A DNA stretch of 64,000 nucleotides from positions 34,623-98,622 of the forward strand of contig CAYWFM010000001.1 in assembly GCA_964457915.1 (NCBI GenBank), read 5' to 3'. This DNA comes from an uncultured Candidatus Saccharibacteria bacterium. GTDB taxonomy: Bacteria > Patescibacteriota > Minisyncoccia > Phycocordibacterales > SBAW01. Of the stretch, positions 25,768 to 36,069 are shown piece after piece. Made by a program: the position numbers and the translations under genes. The notes under the pieces are model-generated. The model was not told the origin of the DNA and searched no databases. It saw only the letters and a program-made list of their open reading frames with translations. Each line of letters opens with the position of its first letter. The stretch's first letter is position 1.

Positions 25768-27026
25768 GACGCCTCATTCCAAAAAAACTCCTTTCGCTCT
25801 ATCATCTTGCGTTTGCACTTTTGGGCGCCCGCTGGTATGGCAATCCCTCTGCACAATTATTTGTTGTTGGGGTGACTGGCACCAAGGGTAAGTCGAGTGT
25901 TTCAGAGTTGGTACGCACCCTGTTTGCAGGTGCCGGATACAAAACCGCGCTCGCCTCAACTATCCATTTTCGCATCGGCGACGATATAGAGCCTAACCTC
26001 TACAAGATGACGATGCCGGGGCGGGCCCGACTGCAAAAATTTTTACGAAAAGCACTAGATGCCGGCTGTACGCACGCAGTTATCGAAATGACCTCCGAGG
26101 GTGCCGCACAATTTCGCCACAAGGGCATAGAGCTCGATGCGCTCATCTTCACCAACTTACAGCCCGAGCATATCGAATCACATGGCTCTATGGAGGCATA
26201 CGCTGCCGCGAAGTTATCGCTCGCACAGCACCTTGCCGACTCGTCCAAACGACCCCGCATCATCGTGGCAAATGCCGAAGATGCCTATGGGCCCGCGTTC
26301 CTCGCTGTCCCTGTTGAGGTCAAAGTTCCTTTTTCACTCAAAGATGCTGAACCCTACAGTGTGGATGACACGAGCGTGCGGTTTGTCTACCAGCGCGAGG
26401 TGTTTAGTGTGCCACTGCCGGGACTTTTTAATTTACGCAATGTGCTTGCAGCGCTCGGTCTCGGTAGTGCTCTGGGAATAGATATTAAAGTGATGAAAAA
26501 AGCGCTCGAGCGTGTCGGGCCGATCAAGGGTCGTGTGGAGCGTGTCGAAGTCGGCCAAGACTTTGCGGTCATTGTCGACTATGCACACACCCCCGACTCG
26601 CTCAAAGCGCTGTTTGAAACGTTCAGAAGCAGCAACCCTGACCACCGCATCATTGTTGTTATGGGCTCAACCGGTGGCGGGCGCGACCAGTGGAAGCGCC
26701 CCCAAATGGGTCGCATTGCTGACGAATATTGTGATGTGGCAATTTTAGCCAACGAAGACCCGTATGATGAGGACCCGAACAAGATTTTAGGTGACATAGC
26801 AAAAGGTTTTTCTGAGCACCAACCACACATAATATTTGACCGACGCGAGGCAATCCGCGAAGCGCTCAAACAGGCGTGTCCCGGCGACGTTGTACTGCTT
26901 ACCGGCAAAGGTACTGACCCCTACATCATGGGTCCGCATGGTACGAAAGAGCCTTGGAGTGACCGTCGTGTTGCACAAGAGGAGCTGCATATACTACTTG
27001 GAATCCCTGAGGATACGGTAGAATAA
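25764..27026 (+). CDS. murE: Mur ligase family protein, MurE-like, lacking the usual N-terminal domain
   Basis: VVGVTGTKGKSSV P-loop and VIVDYAHTPDSLKALFE (MurE DYAHTPDAL signature). 420 aa versus ~490 typical. ATGA overlap with the ruvA stop. Confidence 0.65.
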   Translation: MRRLIPKKLLSLYHLAFALLGARWYGNPSAQLFVVGVTGTKGKSSVSELVRTLFAGAGYKTALASTIHFRIGDDIEPNLYKMTMPGRARLQKFLRKALDAGCTHAVIEMTSEGAAQFRHKGIELDALIFTNLQPEHIESHGSMEAYAAAKLSLAQHLADSSKRPRIIVANAEDAYGPAFLAVPVEVKVPFSLKDAEPYSVDDTSVRFVYQREVFSVPLPGLFNLRNVLAALGLGSALGIDIKVMKKALERVGPIKGRVERVEVGQDFAVIVDYAHTPDSLKALFETFRSSNPDHRIIVVMGSTGGGRDQWKRPQMGRIADEYCDVAILANEDPYDEDPNKILGDIAKGFSEHQPHIIFDRREAIREALKQACPGDVVLLTGKGTDPYIMGPHGTKEPWSDRRVAQEELHILLGIPEDTVE

Positions 27027-27030
27027 AGGG

Positions 27031-27234
27031 GTGTCAGACGCAGCAAGTGAGGGGTCAAACCCCTGGGAGCCAGTTATCTTTATCATTGCCGTTATCGGTA
27101 TCCTTACCGCGCTCATCTGGGTGCGGGGTGGTCTCGATTCACTCCGAGGTGAGGGGTTTTTTATAAACCCAACCACCCCGTTTATTGAAGGATCCCCAAC
27201 ACCACAAACAGCTACTACTAATCCCACTACCTAA
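27031..27234 (+). CDS. Small hypothetical membrane protein
   Basis: 67 aa with a single TM (VIFIIAVIGILTALIWV). Confidence 0.3.
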   Translation: MSDAASEGSNPWEPVIFIIAVIGILTALIWVRGGLDSLRGEGFFINPTTPFIEGSPTPQTATTNPTT

Positions 27235-27237
27235 CGT

Positions 27238-27639
27238 ATGTTAAATCCATTTCCTAGCCTTCTCACCTATCAATACCTTGAGCCCACCGTAGCACGATGG
27301 ATGCTGGTCGTAGCGTGTATATACATTGCTCAGTTTCTTGTACGAGAGCGATCAAAACTCGTTGGTTTGTCCGTGCCAGTGGTGGGTACCATGCGCTCGT
27401 GGATGGTTTGGACTTCAGTGGCGCTCCCCCTTATGCTCGCAGCCTGTTTTTTAGTGGGATGGAACACCCAGTGGGCAGCAGTCATCTCTGCGCTCGTATT
27501 TTTGAAGCACCTTGTTGGGACTAAAAACTACCAGCAGGTACTCCCCTTGCCGCCCTCAACCTACCTGCTTCTCATACTCATAAGCCTTTCTCTCCTCATA
27601 ACCGGCGCTGGTTTTTATGCGTTTGATATCCGTATATAA
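27238..27639 (+). CDS. Hypothetical membrane protein (4 TM)
   Basis: 133 aa, hydrophobic throughout. 3 bp after the previous small ORF. Confidence 0.4.
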   Translation: MLNPFPSLLTYQYLEPTVARWMLVVACIYIAQFLVRERSKLVGLSVPVVGTMRSWMVWTSVALPLMLAACFLVGWNTQWAAVISALVFLKHLVGTKNYQQVLPLPPSTYLLLILISLSLLITGAGFYAFDIRI

Positions 27640-27661
27640 CTTTTTTGTGTAGTATGGGCTC

Positions 27662-28159
27662 GTGATTCTCATTCTGCACAATATCCGCAGCGTCCATAAC
27701 GTTGGATCTATATTTCGTACCGCTGACGCAGCGGGGGTGTCAAAAATTATTCTCTCGGGCTACTCCCCGACGCCCATAGATCGCTTCGGCCGTGCGCGCA
27801 GCGATTTTACAAAAGTGTCACTGGGGGCTGAAAAGTCGGTCCCCTGGGTGTACGTCAAAGCGCTCGGACCTACACTAAAAAAGTTGCGTGCCGCAGGATG
27901 TTTTGTAGCTGCGGTAGAACAAGACCCCCGCTCGCAGAATCTTTTTGATTTTTCTTTTCCACCCCATCTCTCCTCAGAAAAGATCGCCCTGGTGTTGGGT
28001 AATGAGGTGCGTGGCATCTCTACCTCAGTGCTTGAAAAGTGTGATGCTATTCTCGAAATCCCCATGCATGGTACCAAAGAGTCGCTGAATGTTTCCGTAA
28101 CTGCGGGCATCGCGCTCTTTGTCTTGCGGGAGGCAAATACCACGAGGACTACAAATTAG
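27662..28159 (+). CDS. SpoU/TrmH-family RNA 2'-O-methyltransferase
   Basis: SPOUT motifs: ILHNIRSVHNVGSIFRTADAAG, LVLGNEVRGIS, IPMHGTKESLNVSVTAGIALF. Confidence 0.8.
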   Translation: MILILHNIRSVHNVGSIFRTADAAGVSKIILSGYSPTPIDRFGRARSDFTKVSLGAEKSVPWVYVKALGPTLKKLRAAGCFVAAVEQDPRSQNLFDFSFPPHLSSEKIALVLGNEVRGISTSVLEKCDAILEIPMHGTKESLNVSVTAGIALFVLREANTTRTTN

Positions 28160-28262
28160 TAAGAGTTTTTGCTATAGTGCGGTAGTTCCGGCCTATACAT
28201 TCGTATAGCCGGTCGCTCGGGGCAAAAAGAAAATCCAAGGCTTTTCTTTTCTTCCTCGCTTC

Positions 28263-28335
28263 CCGCCTATAGCTCAGTCGGTAGAGCAGCTCCCTTTTAA
28301 GGAGACGGTCGTAGGTTCGAATCCTACTGGGCGGA
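28263..28335 (+). tRNA. tRNA-Lys (anticodon TTT)
   Basis: Acceptor CCGCCTA/TGGGCGG, D-loop AGTCGGTAG, anticodon loop CTTTTAA, T-loop GGTTCGAATCC. Confidence 0.85.
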
Positions 28336-28713
28336 CAATTTGACACAATTAATTTTTTAATGTATTCTAAACCTAGTTCAACGGGAGATTTTTCAATGGC
28401 ACGATGATCATTCCTCGCACCCTCAGCAGAAAAACTGGGCGCAACTGTCGAGATCTATCAAGGCTTTGAAGGTAAGGAGGCTGAAGAAAAGCGTAGACAG
28501 TTGCTGGAACAGCACGGAGACGCGCTTGTCGTCATGATCGACGGTAAAGAGGTGGACAACAAGCTACCTCTCACATAAGTAGCAGTGGGGCTGGTTGGGT
28601 ATGTTACCTCAGACCAGCCCCTTCGCATTTTAAATCACATCGTTCTAATAAGGCTTCCGGTTTTGTACCAGAGGGCGGACTTGTAACAAAAAATTTAAAG
28701 GCTCAACTTCTGT

Positions 28714-29409
28714 CTACTTCTCAGGAGCAGGGACGGTATACGTGGTTGGGCCAACCAACTCCAGCGGTGTTTTTATAAACCCATTCCCTATCAGTAAGCG
28801 TATCGAGGATCCTGAGGGCAAGGTGAGCACATCTCCCTCATACAGCGACTCATCAATTGAGGGAGATTCGATACTGCTGCCCCGGTTGAGGGTTACCCCA
28901 TCAATAAATGATGCCACCGTTGCAACCACGGGGTCGTTCACCGGATCGAGTTTTTGGAGTTTGATGATGCCCGTACAGTCGACCGAATCCTTCCACGCAA
29001 GCTCACCCACAGCTCCCACAATATGGCCGGTAAAGGTGCCCCTATTTTGCCCCCCGATGGTGAAAGATCCGCTCACTGACCCGTCAGTCATAATAGTTCC
29101 CTGCACCCCGGAGGAGCCCACCGAGCCGATGGTGCCAGTGACGACGCCACCGCGCACCGTGAGTGTCCCCACCGAGTCGGCACATTTAGCCACCTGCGAC
29201 CAGGCTTGCGATGGATTAAAAGAAGCACTCCAGTGTCCTTCAAATTTTTCAAGATACGGAAGAGATGCTTGAGATGATGAGGAGGGAAAAAGTGTGTACA
29301 CAAAATGGTTAGCTGCGGGGGGCAGCAAATTTAGGGTGAACGCCGCCATAAAGCCAATGCCGGCCAACACGAACAAAGTAAAGGCCATGAAAAAGAGCTT
29401 ATGTCCCAT
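28714..29409 (-). CDS. Hypothetical secreted protein, N-terminal membrane anchor
   Basis: Start set at MGHKLFFMAFTLFVLAGIGFMAAF (the longer ORF would overlap the upstream gene). Gly/Ser/Thr-rich beta-type sequence. Confidence 0.45.
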   Translation of the reverse strand: MGHKLFFMAFTLFVLAGIGFMAAFTLNLLPPAANHFVYTLFPSSSSQASLPYLEKFEGHWSASFNPSQAWSQVAKCADSVGTLTVRGGVVTGTIGSVGSSGVQGTIMTDGSVSGSFTIGGQNRGTFTGHIVGAVGELAWKDSVDCTGIIKLQKLDPVNDPVVATVASFIDGVTLNRGSSIESPSIDESLYEGDVLTLPSGSSIRLLIGNGFIKTPLELVGPTTYTVPAPEK

Positions 29410-29416
29410 CCTGAAA

Positions 29417-30037
29417 TTATAGCAGCAAAATGAATCGCTCCATGAGTAGCCCCAACTCACCCGCCCCGCGGTGCGCGTCATGGTAGAGCACCACAAGAGT
29501 GCGTGAGTGTGTGCGCAACTCTTTTTCGGTATACGCTCCGCCGCCCCCCTTAAACTGTCGTTTGCTGTGCAGATCACGAACCTTCCAATGCAAAATACCC
29601 GCAATAGCTTCTGGCACCACCCCTTGGCGCAGCGCTTCGCTAAAGAGCAGCCAGAGTTTCTTTTTATCTTTCGCTGCAAAGGCATAGGTCAGTGCGAACA
29701 CTGAAAAAGGTTCCTTTTCTTCTTTTACTTCTTTTTTAGCAACACCAACTTCTGCACCCGCCTTGGCGAGTAGGTCATTTGGTTTTTTGAGAAGTTTCTC
29801 TTCTACAAAAACAAAGGTGTGGGGCGATTGCACAAACGCTGTCGCGCTCTCTAAAAATTCTTCGCCACGATCTCCCCCGAGCGCTCCGGTCAGTTTGTAT
29901 GCCTGCGCATCTCCCAACAGCGATGCGGTGGTTGCGACTGAAAGAATTTCCTCAATAGACAACTGCTCCCACGAGAGTTCTTGAAGAAGCTTGGGAGGAT
30001 TTTTATGCGTCGCACCTCCAACAAGAATGTACATCAT
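29417..30037 (-). CDS. Hypothetical protein (weakly DNA polymerase III delta-like); 4-bp overlap with polA
   Basis: 206 aa helical protein directly downstream of polA. The assignment is only by position and helical character. Confidence 0.3.
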   Translation of the reverse strand: MMYILVGGATHKNPPKLLQELSWEQLSIEEILSVATTASLLGDAQAYKLTGALGGDRGEEFLESATAFVQSPHTFVFVEEKLLKKPNDLLAKAGAEVGVAKKEVKEEKEPFSVFALTYAFAAKDKKKLWLLFSEALRQGVVPEAIAGILHWKVRDLHSKRQFKGGGGAYTEKELRTHSRTLVVLYHDAHRGAGELGLLMERFILLL

Positions 30038-32487
30038 AGCGGCAACTCCTCCATAGCGCCCCAGTTGGGCCCCCTCTTCCCTTCTGCTTTATAGGGGATG
30101 CCATCCCGCTCCTCTTCAGACACCACACTCTCCATAATTTCTTTAATCTTCAGCGCGTATTTTTTCACGGCATCGTCTTTCATTTCAAAGACGAGTTCGT
30201 CATGCACCTGAAGCAGTGGGTATATATCTTCCTCAAGCTGCTCTTTTTGTAGCCAACTTCCAATTTCAACCATAGCGAGCTTCACGATATCGGCTTGGGT
30301 GCCTTGTATAGGCGCGTTAACAGCCATACGCTCAGCCGCCGCTTTGACGTAAGGAATAGAAGAGGTAATGCCCTCAAAGTAGCGGCGGCGCCCAAAAAAG
30401 GTCTCTGTATAGCCTTGTTTTGCTGCAGCAGCTTTTGTTTCATCGAGATAGCTTGCGAGACGTGGGAACGCGGCAAAGTACTGATCATAAAACTCTTGTG
30501 CTTCTTTGCGATTAGTACCAAGCGCTTGTTGCAGCGAGGTGACCCCCATGCCATAGAGAATGCCAAAGTTAATAACCTTCGCACGGCGGCGCTGCTCGTA
30601 GGAAACTTCTGCATCTTCTACATGAAAGACTCGCGCGGCGACTTCACGGTGAACATCTCGCCCACTGCGAAAGATTTCTCCCAATCCCTCATCACCTGAA
30701 AGGAATGCTGCGATGCGCAATTCTATTTGTGAATAATCGAAGGATACGAGTTGCATACCCTCACTCGGGATAAAGGCGTGGCGAATCGCGCGGCCAAGCT
30801 CGGTCTTAATGGGGATATTTTGGAGGTTTGGATTTTGTGATGCGAGACGGCCCGTCGTTGTGCCTGTTTGTACATACGAGGTGTGTAAGCGGTCCTCACT
30901 ATCAAGCAGCGTTGGGATGGTGTCGATATAGGTTGAAAGGAGTTTTGAAAGTTCGCGAAAGCTTAAGATGTCAGCAATGATAGGGTGCAGCTCGCGCATC
31001 TTCTCAAGTTCAGATTCGCGCGTCGAGCGCGCGCCGGTCGCTGTCTTCTTTTGGTTTTTCATCGAAAGGCCGAGGGTATCGAAAAGAATGTCGCCCAACT
31101 GCTTGGGCGAGTTGATATTAAACTCGCCTCCCGCTGCCTCATAAATGCGCCCCGCAATAGCATCGAGCTCTTTGCGATATTTTTTTGATAAGTCGGCAAG
31201 GAACGCACGGTCAATTTTCACTCCACGCTTCTCCATTTTTCGAAGCACCGGGTAGAGCGGCAGTTCGATTTTTTCATACACAAACGAGAGGCCGCGCTTT
31301 TGTATCTCAGCAAGTATATTTTTCTTAGCCTCCTCAAACGTATCGCTCTTCCCTACTCGATAGATATCGTCGAGTGTGGGCTGTGTCACATTAGAGTCGA
31401 GCACCCACGCTGCTATACCTACTTTTTCTAACTCTTCTTGTGGAATATTTTCACTTTTAAACAAAGCGTACTCCGTGGGATCTTCGTGAACATGGTCTGA
31501 ATCCGAGCCTGCCTGCCGGTAGGCAGGGACCTTTTCTGAAGGAAGACCCTGTGGAGCTCCCAGTACCGTTTTCATTCGTGGAATGAGCGCGCGAAATTCA
31601 AACTCTCCGAGTGTGTGCACAACTTTTCTCACATCCACCCCCTCGCGCCACGGTTTTTCAGGAAGGGTAAAATCTATGGGAGCATCGCGACGAATCTCAG
31701 CCAAGCCTTTTGAAAACAGAGCTCCTTCTTCGTTATCCAAAACAAGCTGCGCATAGCGCTTTTGAATACCTGCTTCTTTAGCAACCACCTCAACACCTTT
31801 TTTCTTTAGTGCCACAAAAATCTTTTCAAGCGGCCCATAGGTTTGGATGAGTTTTATAGCACTCACCTCTCCGACCCCCGGCACGCCGGGGATATTGTCT
31901 GAGGCATCGCCACGTATACCTTTAAAGTCGGTCACCAACTCGGGGCCAAAACCATACTTTGTGTGCACCGCGTCTTGGTCATACAGCACGATATCGGTAA
32001 GCCCTTTGCGCTGGGCAAAGACGCACACCCGCTTCCCATCAACAAGTTGGAGTGTGTCCATATCGCCTGAGGCGATGATGACACTTAACTCTTTATCTCC
32101 CTTCGTCTCTTCAACAATGGTGCCAATAACATCATCGGCCTCAAAGCCCGGTGCTGAGTACAGCGGCACTCCCACTGCCTCGAGCACCTCGGGGATTCGT
32201 TTAATTTGATGGAGCAGCGCCTCATCAATCTCAGCACGAGTCCCCTTATAGCCATCAAATGCCTCGTGGCGAAACGTGCCACCCGGCAGGTCGTTAGCGG
32301 CCACAATATAGTCAGGCTTTAGGTCGGTGATGATGCGTATCAGTATCGAGACCAAGCCATAGAGCCCACCGGTGGGCTCACCTTTACTCGAAGAGAGTTC
32401 GGGCAGCGCATGGTAGGCCCGATGTAAAATCGCATGTGTGTCGAGGATTACTAATCTTTTTGTCTCTCCCTTCCCCATTTCCCGCAT
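30034..32487 (-). CDS. polA: DNA polymerase I
   Basis: 817 aa. N-terminal 5'-3' exonuclease (FEN) domain and C-terminal family-A polymerase motifs (DYSQIELR, RRAAKVINFGILYG, QVHDE). Confidence 0.9.
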   Translation of the reverse strand: MREMGKGETKRLVILDTHAILHRAYHALPELSSSKGEPTGGLYGLVSILIRIITDLKPDYIVAANDLPGGTFRHEAFDGYKGTRAEIDEALLHQIKRIPEVLEAVGVPLYSAPGFEADDVIGTIVEETKGDKELSVIIASGDMDTLQLVDGKRVCVFAQRKGLTDIVLYDQDAVHTKYGFGPELVTDFKGIRGDASDNIPGVPGVGEVSAIKLIQTYGPLEKIFVALKKKGVEVVAKEAGIQKRYAQLVLDNEEGALFSKGLAEIRRDAPIDFTLPEKPWREGVDVRKVVHTLGEFEFRALIPRMKTVLGAPQGLPSEKVPAYRQAGSDSDHVHEDPTEYALFKSENIPQEELEKVGIAAWVLDSNVTQPTLDDIYRVGKSDTFEEAKKNILAEIQKRGLSFVYEKIELPLYPVLRKMEKRGVKIDRAFLADLSKKYRKELDAIAGRIYEAAGGEFNINSPKQLGDILFDTLGLSMKNQKKTATGARSTRESELEKMRELHPIIADILSFRELSKLLSTYIDTIPTLLDSEDRLHTSYVQTGTTTGRLASQNPNLQNIPIKTELGRAIRHAFIPSEGMQLVSFDYSQIELRIAAFLSGDEGLGEIFRSGRDVHREVAARVFHVEDAEVSYEQRRRAKVINFGILYGMGVTSLQQALGTNRKEAQEFYDQYFAAFPRLASYLDETKAAAAKQGYTETFFGRRRYFEGITSSIPYVKAAAERMAVNAPIQGTQADIVKLAMVEIGSWLQKEQLEEDIYPLLQVHDELVFEMKDDAVKKYALKIKEIMESVVSEEERDGIPYKAEGKRGPNWGAMEELPL

Positions 32488-32505
32488 TCTACCACCCTGC
32501 TCTTT

Positions 32506-32973
32506 TTAATGCTTATGAATCTCAATAAACCGCTCATCTTCACCCGCATCGTCTGCTGAAAAATTAAGGAGGAGGTCGGGGGTCGGCAACACACCTTCAA
32601 CACGCTCGGGCCACTCTATGACGACCAATGTCTGCGGGTCATTAAGAAAAGTCTCGGGCTTCAGCGCCGAGAACTCTTCGGGCTTTTCAAAACGATATGC
32701 GTCGATGTGCACGAGCGAGGTAAAACGCCCAAAATTGATATCGTAGCGCTTCATGATGACATAGGTTGGGCTCTGCATAGTAGCTGTGACACCAAGCTCA
32801 GCACCCAGTGCCTGCACAAAGGTAGTTTTCCCTGCACCAAGGTCGCCTTGCAGAGCTAGAATGAAGGCCCGTGCGCCCGACTTCGCCAAGACTTCGGCGG
32901 CCAAGAAGGACCCTATGTTCTCCACCATCATTTTTGCAAACGCCGGCAAATTAGTTTTTGAAACCCTTTCCAT
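32506..32973 (-). CDS. tsaE: tRNA threonylcarbamoyladenosine biosynthesis protein TsaE
   Basis: 155 aa, P-loop LQGDLGAGKTTFVQAL, YjeE family. Confidence 0.85.
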   Translation of the reverse strand: MERVSKTNLPAFAKMMVENIGSFLAAEVLAKSGARAFILALQGDLGAGKTTFVQALGAELGVTATMQSPTYVIMKRYDINFGRFTSLVHIDAYRFEKPEEFSALKPETFLNDPQTLVVIEWPERVEGVLPTPDLLLNFSADDAGEDERFIEIHKH

Positions 32974-33011
32974 ATATAAGAGAGTACCAAACTCGAGGTA
33001 GAATAAAAGTC

Positions 33012-34685
33012 ATGGTTACGTTTGGTGATGCCGAGCAAGAAAAACGCATAGAGTTTCTCAAGAAGCGCGAGGAGGAAGAATTGGCTCAGGTGTTGTCGCG
33101 CAAATATGGGGTTGAGTATGTCGACCTCTCTCTTATCGCCATCAACACCGACGCGCTACGCCTGTTGCCTGAAGCCCGCGCCAAAGAGACGGAGGCGGTC
33201 ATCTTTGGTATGGTCGGCAAAAAGCTCAGTCTCGCGGTGCGTGCGCCTGAGCATCCGGCAGTAAAGGCTCTGGTACAAGAATTAACCGAGCGCGGCTATC
33301 TAATCACTGTGTTCATGTGTTCACAGGAGAGCCTGCGGCGTGGCTGGGCACGGTACGCAGACCTGAGCTATGCAACTGAGAGCAAGGCGGGTGTCTTTGA
33401 AATTTCAAACGAAGAGATAGAGACACTGCTCGCTCAGGTGAAAACGCTCGGGGATATTAGCACGCTCATTCAAGAAGCGGTTGATATGAAAAAAGCCTAT
33501 CGTATCACCCGCATCCTCGAGATCATCCTCGCTGGTGGTCTTTCGATGAGCGCCTCTGATGTCCACTTTGAGCCTGAAGAGGCCGAGGTGAAACTACGCT
33601 ATCGCCTCGACGGTGTGCTGGTTGATGTGCTCTCGCTGGACCACGAGACATATCGTCTCGTCCTCTCCCGTATGAAACTCCTCTCGGGCATGAAGCTCAA
33701 CATCACCGGTGAGGCGCAAGATGGCCGCTTTAGCATCAAGGTGCGTGGTGATGAGATCGAACTGCGCACCTCGGTACTCCCCGGTAACTACGGCGAAACA
33801 GTGGTGCTGCGTATTCTTAATCCAAAATCAATCGCGGTCCCACTCCAAGAGCTTGGATTTGAACCAAAGCTCCTTGAGCGCTTACAAAAAGAGATCTTGC
33901 GTCCCAACGGGATGATTCTTACCACCGGCCCTACCGGTTCAGGTAAAACAACAACACTCTATGCCTTCTTGCGCCAAGTGAATAATCCAGGAACAAAAAT
34001 AATTACCATTGAAGACCCTATCGAGTACCACCTCCCTATCGTCCAAACTCAGGTTGAGAAAAATTACTCCTTTGCCGAAGGTCTTCGCTCTGCATTGCGC
34101 GCCGACCCCGACATCATCATGGTGGGTGAAATTAGAGACAATGAGGTCGCTGCGACAGCGATTAACGCGGCACTTACCGGTCACCTCGTGTTCTCCACGC
34201 TCCACACCAACGACGCTGCGGGTACCTTCCCTCGCCTGATTGATCTTGGGGTGAGTGAAAAGGTGCTCTCCTCGGCAATTAACGTTGCGATGGCACAGCG
34301 CTTGGTGCGCAAACTCTGTCAGCAGTGCAAGGTGAAACGCCCCCCAACTGAAGCCGAACAAAAAATCATAGACGCAACACTCGCTGAAGTGGTCGACAAA
34401 GCACTCGTGCCGCAAGAGGTGCACGAGCTCTATGACGCAAAACCAGAAGGGTGCCCTGCATGCAGCGGTCGTGGTTACAAAGGGCGCGTCGGTATTTTTG
34501 AAGCAATATTCATGGATAGTGCGATTGAGGAGATGCTGCGCAGCAAACCTTCTGAACGAGAGGTTGCGCTAGCTGCAAAACCACAAGGTATCCCTACCAT
34601 GCAGCAAGATGGCATCATAAAAGCATTGCGTGGCGTCACCTCACTTGACGAATTAACACGCGTTATCGATTTGCAAGCTCGTTAA
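33012..34685 (+). CDS. Second PilB/GspE-family secretion ATPase
   Basis: Walker A GPTGSGKTTTLY, tetracysteine CQQC...CPAC, GspE N-terminal domain. The start is set at MVTFGD (ATG 33012) to avoid overlapping the divergent tsaE start. Confidence 0.85.
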   Translation: MVTFGDAEQEKRIEFLKKREEEELAQVLSRKYGVEYVDLSLIAINTDALRLLPEARAKETEAVIFGMVGKKLSLAVRAPEHPAVKALVQELTERGYLITVFMCSQESLRRGWARYADLSYATESKAGVFEISNEEIETLLAQVKTLGDISTLIQEAVDMKKAYRITRILEIILAGGLSMSASDVHFEPEEAEVKLRYRLDGVLVDVLSLDHETYRLVLSRMKLLSGMKLNITGEAQDGRFSIKVRGDEIELRTSVLPGNYGETVVLRILNPKSIAVPLQELGFEPKLLERLQKEILRPNGMILTTGPTGSGKTTTLYAFLRQVNNPGTKIITIEDPIEYHLPIVQTQVEKNYSFAEGLRSALRADPDIIMVGEIRDNEVAATAINAALTGHLVFSTLHTNDAAGTFPRLIDLGVSEKVLSSAINVAMAQRLVRKLCQQCKVKRPPTEAEQKIIDATLAEVVDKALVPQEVHELYDAKPEGCPACSGRGYKGRVGIFEAIFMDSAIEEMLRSKPSEREVALAAKPQGIPTMQQDGIIKALRGVTSLDELTRVIDLQAR

Positions 34686-35031
34686 CACCGGGGAATAAAA
34701 AAAACACGCTGCCAATCTTGCGCGCGCGAAGCGTCAGTGTAGAGTTGATGGAGTTGCAGAGCTCCTTGTGAGAGTATAAGAGTAATCGAGAAGACATATC
34801 TCTAAGCAATAGTATTTTTGACTTGCAAAAATACGGAGTACCGTCGCTGAGGATAATTTTCGCCGTATGCAAAAAAAATGTATAGACCAAAACGTCCTTG
34901 TAAAGGCTCCAAAACCCCGGATGAGGCTTATTGCTTAGAGGTATGTATGCTCGATGCGAAGTGCAAAAAAAGAAACCCTGCCAAATAGAGGCAATGGGCT
35001 ACTAATACGAGGGTAGCATACTATTATATAT

Positions 35032-36033
35032 ATGTCAAGCAACGAACCAGACGCACAGTATCTCGATCAAACGCTGCGTCCTGTTTCGTGGGATGAGTAT
35101 GTTGGTCAGGAAAGCATCAAAAACAACCTTCACATCCTCATTACTGCCGCTCGCGAGCGCGGCCACCCGCCCGAACACATCCTTTTTTATGGGCCTCCAG
35201 GACTCGGCAAGACCACACTCGCCCACCTCATAGCGCGCGAGCTCGGTGGTTCGATGCGTTCAACCTCAGGCCCCGCTATTGAGCGTGTGGGCGACCTTGC
35301 GGCACTCCTCACCAACCTCTCCCCTGGTGATATTCTCTTCATTGATGAGATTCATCGTCTCTCTCGCGCGATAGAGGAGGTCCTCTACCCTGCTATGGAA
35401 AGTGGGGTCTTAAACATCATTATCGGCAAAGGACCTTCTGCTCGCACCATTGAACTGCCGCTGCCTCCCTTCACGCTCATTGCTGCCACAACGCGCGTCG
35501 CGGAGCTTTCAGCACCACTGCGCTCGCGCTTTTCGGGTGGGACATTTCGCCTCGAGTTTTATAGTGAAGCGGATATTGCCAACATCGTGCGCCGCTCCGC
35601 CACAATTCTTGGTGTCGATGTTGAAGAAAGTGGCATCAAAGAAATTGCACGGCGCAGCCGCTCGACCCCTCGCACCGCAAACTACCTCCTCAAGCGGGCG
35701 CGCGATTTCGCACAACTCAAGCGCATGCCGCTCTCCGCACCCATCGTCGCTGAAGCGCTTGGTATGCTCGAGGTGGATGAGCTGGGGCTCACGCCACTGG
35801 ACCGCAAACTCCTCATGACACTCATTGAGCGCTTTAACGGTGGCCCCACCGGCGTGGGTGCACTCGCCGCAGCGCTCGCTGAAGAGCCCAACACCCTCTC
35901 TGAGGTACACGAGCCCTTCCTCCTGCAACTAGGCCTCATAGAACGAACCCCCCGTGGCCGCGTCGCCACCGCTAGGGCCTACTCCCACGTCGGCCTCACC
36001 GCCCCCGAAAACCTCCACGAGCGGCTGTTGTAA
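35032..36033 (+). CDS. ruvB: Holliday junction ATP-dependent DNA helicase RuvB
   Basis: [15 protein letters not shown] Walker A, DEIHRL Walker B, AAA+ and winged-helix regions. Confidence 0.9.
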   Translation: MSSNEPDAQYLDQTLRPVSWDEYVGQESIKNNLHILITAARERGHPPEHILFYGPPGLGKTTLAHLIARELGGSMRSTSGPAIERVGDLAALLTNLSPGDILFIDEIHRLSRAIEEVLYPAMESGVLNIIIGKGPSARTIELPLPPFTLIAATTRVAELSAPLRSRFSGGTFRLEFYSEADIANIVRRSATILGVDVEESGIKEIARRSRSTPRTANYLLKRARDFAQLKRMPLSAPIVAEALGMLEVDELGLTPLDRKLLMTLIERFNGGPTGVGALAAALAEEPNTLSEVHEPFLLQLGLIERTPRGRVATARAYSHVGLTAPENLHERLL

Positions 36034-36069
36034 AGGTTTGATATAGTGCTTTTGGAAAAGGAGGTGCTT

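Noticed and set aside
28182-28207. Hairpin CCGGCCTATAC-ATT-CGTATAGCCGG after the SpoU methyltransferase gene as a terminator
   Set aside because: Good stem but no downstream U-tract (followed by TCGCTCGGGG). It may be an RNA processing or structural element. Not called.
28380-28620. Possible small ORF in the tRNA-Lys downstream spacer (…VEIYQGFEGKEAEEKRRQLLEQHGDALVVMIDGKEVDNKLPLT)
   Set aside because: The frame has no ATG/GTG/TTG start upstream of the conserved-looking part (the nearest in-frame stop is followed only by CTG). Not reportable without comparative evidence.
35509-35969. 139-aa and 95-aa minus-strand ORFs and a 122-aa plus-strand alternative frame inside ruvB
   Set aside because: Antisense or off-frame to an unambiguous RuvB AAA+ gene. 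Arg/Ala-rich, as is typical of GC-rich antisense frames.
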